Below are positions 27,201 to 32,000 of a DNA stretch of 32,000 nt, piece after piece. The notes below the pieces were generated by a model. The model was not told the DNA's origin. It ran no database searches and saw nothing but the letters and a program-made list of their open reading frames with translations. A program made the position numbers and the translations under genes. The stretch is from a cyanobacterium endosymbiont of Epithemia turgida isolate EtSB Lake Yunoko (GTDB taxonomy: Bacteria; Cyanobacteriota; Cyanobacteriia; Cyanobacteriales; Microcystaceae): positions 1,830,001-1,862,000 of the forward strand of contig NZ_AP012549.1 of the NCBI RefSeq assembly GCF_000829235.1, given 5' to 3'. How positions within the stretch are numbered: the stretch's first letter is position 1; every line of letters begins with the position of its first letter.

Positions 27201-28536
27201 TTTTAAACTCAGTCGTTTTATAATTTTACTCTCCTAGATTGAGGGTAATATAGTTAATGGTGAAAATACTAGATTAATAGAACTCTTCTTCTAAGATTAT
27301 CAAAGTTAGTTTAGCTATAAACTTGTCTTCTAATTAACTTAATCTTCTGATTTATCTTTTCTAGTATTCATTAGGAGAGTAAATATTAAAAATAAGCTAC
27401 AACTTTTAAAATTAATCTACTTAATTGTCTGAATAACTATTAAGTAAACATCTACAATAAGTTTCTGTTTATTTTGAAGAATTATTGAAAATATTGTGGC
27501 TCAATATCCTAGTATAGTAATATATATTTTGTTCTATTTTATTTTTTTAAAAATTTAAAATAGATATTTTTTATGATACTTTCAATAGTTTTATTTAGCT
27601 ATATGACATTTTATTAGTCCATACTATAGCAAAATATAAAAATTGTTACTATAGTACTATTTATAAAACTATTGATGTTATTAAATATTTTTGATAATAT
27701 CAATAGGCTTATAAAAATTCTATCTAACTTAATAATTTTTAGCTCGGGTTTTATAAATAAATCTAAATCGCATATTTTTTATTAAAAAAGATAAGTAAGT
27801 TAATCAAACTATAACTGTTTTATTCTTTGAGGTTTTAAATAAATTCGATACTATCCCTTCAAACGGCGTTTTTCAAATTAGTCGCCAAAACTATCTAAAT
27901 TACTTTTTATGCTAGTTATTCTATATAGAATATTCTTCTCTTTCCGAAACCCCTGATTATTTACTGAACACTTTATGGTGTTTAGCCAATCTAAACTGAC
28001 AGCGAGCGATTTGTCTGAAAAAATATTTGGTAATCACTTAATAAAATAACTCTCACTCTATACGGGTAATTTAAATTAACTTCATTGTCGCATATTAAAT
28101 ATTATTTTTTTATCATATTTTTACTATTTTATACATTAATATTATAACAAAAAATCTAGGCTTATATTAATTTTTTTTACTGATCTACTACCCTAATCTA
28201 GAAAACCCATAAATTTTTTCCTAAAAAACTAGATTTTTATATATTAAGATAGTTTTCAATTAAGTTTACTTAAGTCGTCAGAGTTATAGAACACAGTTGG
28301 AACAGGGACTTAGGAGTTTATTTTTTATACTTAGTCTAGAATAACTATGATCATTATCATTAATATTTTTATCATAAAGACTTCATCTCTAGTTTTTGAA
28401 GTATTTGATGTTAAACATTCACTCTTAAGCTAGCTAGATTTACTGGATAACAATCAAAAGTTATAAGCCAAAAGTTATAGGTAATGAGTTATCCTGAATA
28501 AAGTAAGGTTACAAAAAAGTTACGAACAACGAAAGT

Positions 28537-29589
28537 GTGATGGACAGAGTTCTGGTCGGTTTGTCAGGGGGTGTTGATAGTTCTGTTGCGGCTGCTAGTC
28601 TTCAGCATCAAGGTTATGAAGTTATTGGGCTAACCCTATGGTTAATCAAAGGAAAAGGACAATGTTGTTCAGAGGGAATGGTAGATGCAGCTTTGATTTG
28701 CGAACAGTTGAGTATTCCCCACCATATTGTTGATAGTCGTGACTTATTTCAAGCTAATATTGTCGATTATTTAGTATCAGGTTATGAGTCGGGGATAACG
28801 CCTCTTCCCTGTTCCCAATGTAATAAGTTGGTCAAATTTGGACCCATGTTAGAGTATGCTAAACAGAAATTGGAGTGCAATCTCATCGCCACGGGTCATT
28901 ATGCACGTGTTCGCTACGATGAAATTAATCAACGCTATCAATTATTACGAGCAGTTGATTGTAATAAAGATCAGTCTTATTTCCTCTATGATCTTTCCCA
29001 AGAAATGTTAGCGGGAACTCTTTTTCCTTTGGGAAATAAAACCAAGGAAGAAACCAGAAAGATTGCTGATGAATTCAAGTTAAAAACCGCAAATAAACCT
29101 GAAAGTCAAGATTTATGTTTAATTGAGGCTTATGGATCCATGAAAAACTTTCTGGATCAACGTATTACTCAAAAAGAGGGAGATATTGTTAGTCTAGACG
29201 GCAAAGTATTAGGAAAACATCAAGGAGTTCATCACTATACTGTTGGGCAACGTAAGGGTTTAGGAATTTCGGCAACTGAGCCATTATATGTAATAAAACT
29301 CGATCCGGTAATGAACCAGGTTATTGTTGCTAATCGTGGCAATGCAGGATCTTCTGGTTGTACTGTAAATAGAATGAATTGGATTTCAATTACTGAACCC
29401 TCTTCTCCTATTCAGGTAGAAGCTCAAATTCGCTATCGTTCTCCTGCAGTTCCAGTTGATGTTATTCCTTTAAATAATCATTGTATCAAATTAGTATTTC
29501 ATGACCCTCAATTTTGGATTACTCCAGGTCAAGCAGCAGTTTTATATGATAAAGAAATTGTATTAGGAGGCGGTATTATTGAAAAATAA
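28537..29589 (+). CDS. mnmA: tRNA-specific 2-thiouridylase
   Basis: 350 aa with PP-loop [10 protein letters not shown], the catalytic Cys region [27 protein letters not shown] and a C-terminal beta-barrel ending GGGII. The start is GTG 28537 or the adjacent ATG 28540. Confidence 0.95.
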   Translation: MMDRVLVGLSGGVDSSVAAASLQHQGYEVIGLTLWLIKGKGQCCSEGMVDAALICEQLSIPHHIVDSRDLFQANIVDYLVSGYESGITPLPCSQCNKLVKFGPMLEYAKQKLECNLIATGHYARVRYDEINQRYQLLRAVDCNKDQSYFLYDLSQEMLAGTLFPLGNKTKEETRKIADEFKLKTANKPESQDLCLIEAYGSMKNFLDQRITQKEGDIVSLDGKVLGKHQGVHHYTVGQRKGLGISATEPLYVIKLDPVMNQVIVANRGNAGSSGCTVNRMNWISITEPSSPIQVEAQIRYRSPAVPVDVIPLNNHCIKLVFHDPQFWITPGQAAVLYDKEIVLGGGIIEK

Positions 29590-30997
29590 AAGCCTATTTT
29601 TCTATCAAAAAAAGGTTAAATGTCATCTGTTGAAGAGGGTTAAAACTAATTTGTAGTATTCTCTAAACATGAGGATGTGTAGTGTTATTCGTTACGAACG
29701 AATCAGTATTAATATTTAAGTCGTACCTTAAATCAAGCTAAACATTTTTTTTATATCTTTTTTGAAAACAAATGTTTAGCCTGTGATAATTTATCACTAT
29801 ACAGAGTGATTCTACTGAATATCCCTAGAAAAGAAAGATGGCAAGATCTAGATTAATAGGTGCGAAAAGGTACTATGAATCAACCTTCTTAAGAGCTTTA
29901 CATAGTAATTAACTTCGATTATTCTAGCTTTTCTAGACTGGCTGTCACAATATCATAATAAACAAAAGTTTAAAGTGTTGCTTTGTAAGGTTTCCAAGAT
30001 GACGAAACCCTAATCTTGATAAGAATCTAGTTTATGGAGTTTATAGAATTTAGTTAAAGTAAAAGTTCTGAAAATTATTAGCTACTAATGTATACTCTTT
30101 TATACTAAAATAGTCATTATTTTCGTGTTAAATTTATTTAAAAAATACCTCACTGATGATTATTTGAGTAAGAATAAACTCTCTATGGTTAGTAATTTTG
30201 ACAAAAAAAGTTACGGACAATTGCATAATACTAACAAAAAATACTATCTTTTCCATCAGATTTAATGTTGCTTTCAGCATTATTGGGCTTATTAATTTTT
30301 AAATTTTATTAGCTTAAGCTAGTGCGGTCAGTTTAGTCAGTGCTAGTATAGTAGTTTTGACGACTAATAAGTGCAAAAAGTCTTTGTTATTAGTTTAACA
30401 GTAATCAGATAAACAGAAAATACACTCAACAATCAGCAAGTTACTTGTGAACAATCAATCGTAGGAAATATCTTTGATATAAGTCCTTGTCGAAATCAAT
30501 CAGAATATATTGGTAAAGAATTAAGTAGATAAACTTAAATAAGTGTAAAATATAAAAGTAGTTAAAACAGAGTAATTACTAGATGTTAGTTTACTTAAAA
30601 AATAAGCATATTTATTAATATAAAAAACAAGTAGATTACTAATCTTCTCATTCTCCTGGCTGTTGTTCATTAACAAAGCCACTTTCTTATATTTTTTGGG
30701 AAATCTTTATGTCTTTTTAAGATAATCTCTTTGAGAGACTATAAACTCAATATTTAAAAAATATATTGACTGTTCCTTTTAATATAGTAGTCTTAAGAAA
30801 GATTAAGATATTCCCCGAAACTAGGTAATGTTTACCCTGTAAGGCTTTGATAAGCCTATCCATGTTGTTAGCATCATAATACACATAGTGCATTATGATG
30901 CTACATTTTATCTGTGCTAGACAAAAAACATTAATGACCTTCTGGTTATATTCTTAACTAGAATGCACCTAACAATAAATTTTAGCCCATCTCTTAT

Positions 30998-31318
30998 TTA
31001 TTCTGGAGTTGCTGATTCAAGAAGAAAATACTCACCATTTTTTTGGAAAACAAAAATGCGATCACCTTGATCAATTGATGTTCCTGGATGATGAAATCTC
31101 AATTTTGTATTATCCTCAAGCTTCACAAATAAAACACTACCATAAGGACCTGAAATAATTCCAACAATGGTTCCTGATTGAGAAGGACTGCTGTCCCCTA
31201 AATTTGGGCTAGCAGCTCTTTCTTCTAAATTCGGTTGCCGAACAGTTTGAGCGTTAGCTATGGTAGTCACGCAAACCAGAGCCATTATGCTCATTAATAT
31301 ATTTAAAATTCTCTTCAT
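30998..31318 (-). CDS. small secreted hypothetical protein
   Basis: 106 aa with a clear Sec signal peptide MKRILNILMSIMALVCVTTIANA/QT and then a small beta-rich domain. No family recognised. Confidence 0.45.
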   Translation of the reverse strand: MKRILNILMSIMALVCVTTIANAQTVRQPNLEERAASPNLGDSSPSQSGTIVGIISGPYGSVLFVKLEDNTKLRFHHPGTSIDQGDRIFVFQKNGEYFLLESATPE

Positions 31319-31483
31319 GGTAATTCCCTCTAAGGAGGAGAAATTCCCCTTTGCTTCTCTTTCTTAAACTTTAGAAGGATTTTTAAAATCATACCATAAA
31401 GATAAAATTATAACTACAAAATATGACAACAAACAACAACTGTAAAAGAATAGTTATTAAGATAATTTAAATTAAAAAGATAA

Positions 31484-31502
31484 GTTTGAATCTCAATCAA
31501 AC
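31484..31502 (-). terminator. possible terminator of the PfkB kinase gene
   Basis: gtttga-atctcaa-tcaaac lies 6 nt after the stop. On the minus strand it is followed by ttatcttttt. Confidence 0.4.
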
Positions 31503-31507
31503 AACCA

Positions 31508-32000
31508 TTAATCATTAACTATTTTAGACATCCATTGACGAGGTCCAAAATACTGACAAGCAATGGAGGCAACTTGAGAAGCTTTTGCTATAGAATCTTT
31601 GAAATTGTGTTTTAAAATAAAATGACAGAAAGCTCCATGAAAAATATCTCCAGCTCCTAATGTATCAACTGCTTTTATGTTTGAAACTTCGACATTTCCT
31701 GATTCTTCTTTAGTCCAATATTGAACTGGATTTGCTCCTTTAGTTATAGCAATATAAGGAATTTTAATCTCTTTTAAATAATGAAATACATCTAGAGAAT
31801 TAAGACAATTAGGAGGATAAAAATTTTCAGAGCAAATGGCATAATTTACGTAAGGAAGCACTTTTGGTAATTCAGGTTTCCAGCTTCCTCCATCCAAAAC
31901 AACGGGTATCTTTAAGCGTTGTGCTTCTTTAGCAATTATGATACTCGTAGATATTTGATGCCCATCTACTAAAATAACATCAATATCCTGTAATTTTTTT
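31508..32000 (-). CDS. PfkB-family carbohydrate kinase (ribokinase-like), N-terminus outside window
   Basis: The C-terminal motif VDTLGAGDIFHGAF (the GAGD anion hole) is present. The frame stays open upstream of the track's Met to the window edge (...IDVILVDGHQISTSIIIAKEAQRLKIPVVLDGGSW...). Confidence 0.75.
   Translation of the reverse strand, partial: KKLQDIDVILVDGHQISTSIIIAKEAQRLKIPVVLDGGSWKPELPKVLPYVNYAICSENFYPPNCLNSLDVFHYLKEIKIPYIAITKGANPVQYWTKEESGNVEVSNIKAVDTLGAGDIFHGAFCHFILKHNFKDSIAKASQVASIACQYFGPRQWMSKIVND

Noticed and set aside
27975-28049. 24-codon ORF MVFSQSKLTASDLSEKIFGNHLIK* whose LT..D(L/I)..K.F pattern resembles the DivIVA-domain N-terminus.
   Set aside because: The pattern match is very short, nothing is recognisable after the stop, and it could be chance.
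29782-29797. tgtgataatttatcac resembles a CRP/SyCRP1-type site (TGTGA-N6-TCACA).
   Set aside because: The spacing is off by one and the second half-site is incomplete. There is no downstream gene within 1 kb, and short AT-rich palindromes are common here.
27269-29859. A shared 12-mer ctagattaatag at 27269-27280 and 29848-29859, flanking mnmA, hinted at a repeat family or terminal repeats.
   Set aside because: The match does not extend beyond 12 nt. Many chance 12-mer matches are expected between AT-rich spacers of this size.
7074-31472. Apparent recurrence of the 8-bp palindrome ATTTAAAT, at about 10 sites: 7074, 7092, 7102, 7120, 14189, 17948, 20879, 28068 and 31465, among others.
   Set aside because: A rough expectation for an all-A/T 8-mer in about 12 kb of DNA near 80% AT is of the same order (around 6). 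Half of the hits are internal to the two palindromes, so there is no independent enrichment.
1-32000. I considered alternative explanations for the in-frame stops (genetic-code reassignment). I also looked for CRISPR arrays, IS elements or transposases, integrases, toxin-antitoxin pairs and defence islands.
   Set aside because: Intact genes in the window terminate with TAA (leuC), TAG (hisF) and TGA (bamA), so all three codons act as stops. I found no repeat-spacer periodicity, no transposase, RT or Cas-like frames, and no terminal inverted repeats bounding a coding element.

Overview
This looks like an AT-rich cyanobacterial chromosome segment; the gene content and protein sequences resemble unicellular Crocosphaera/Cyanothece-type lineages, which is my inference with no database check. 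About 18 CDS look intact: a partial hypothetical, leuC, an EF-G paralog, metG, a NYN/LabA-like protein, an lptC-like lipoprotein, an atypical OmpR-type response regulator, a gatD-like amidotransferase, hisF, hisZ, an IMPase-family phosphatase, lpxC, bamA, purC, ndhB, mnmA, a small secreted protein and a partial PfkB kinase. By my coordinates they cover only about 63% of the window. They are separated by ten very AT-rich spacers of 0.65-1.6 kb that the ORF track leaves empty. Hand translation of those spacers finds gene relics. The clearest are psbM with TAA at codon 2 and two different [2Fe-2S] ferredoxins carrying nonsense or frameshift lesions and lost Cys ligands. Weaker relics are two FAD-oxidoreductase remnants and a possible psaJ. 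The pattern fits a cyanobacterium losing photosynthetic electron-transport genes while keeping housekeeping, envelope (lpxC, bamA, lptC) and NDH-1 genes, for example a non-photosynthetic endosymbiont with a decaying genome. That organism-level reading is inference. The spacers also hold several long perfect palindromes or hairpins (58 bp, 28-bp stem, 30 bp, 16-bp stem), and one sits inside a ferredoxin relic where it looks like a template-switch mutation. I found no rRNA, tRNA, CRISPR array, transposase, integrase or recognisable defence or toxin system, and no convincing novel multi-gene system. The gene-decay signal and the palindromes are the most interesting content.
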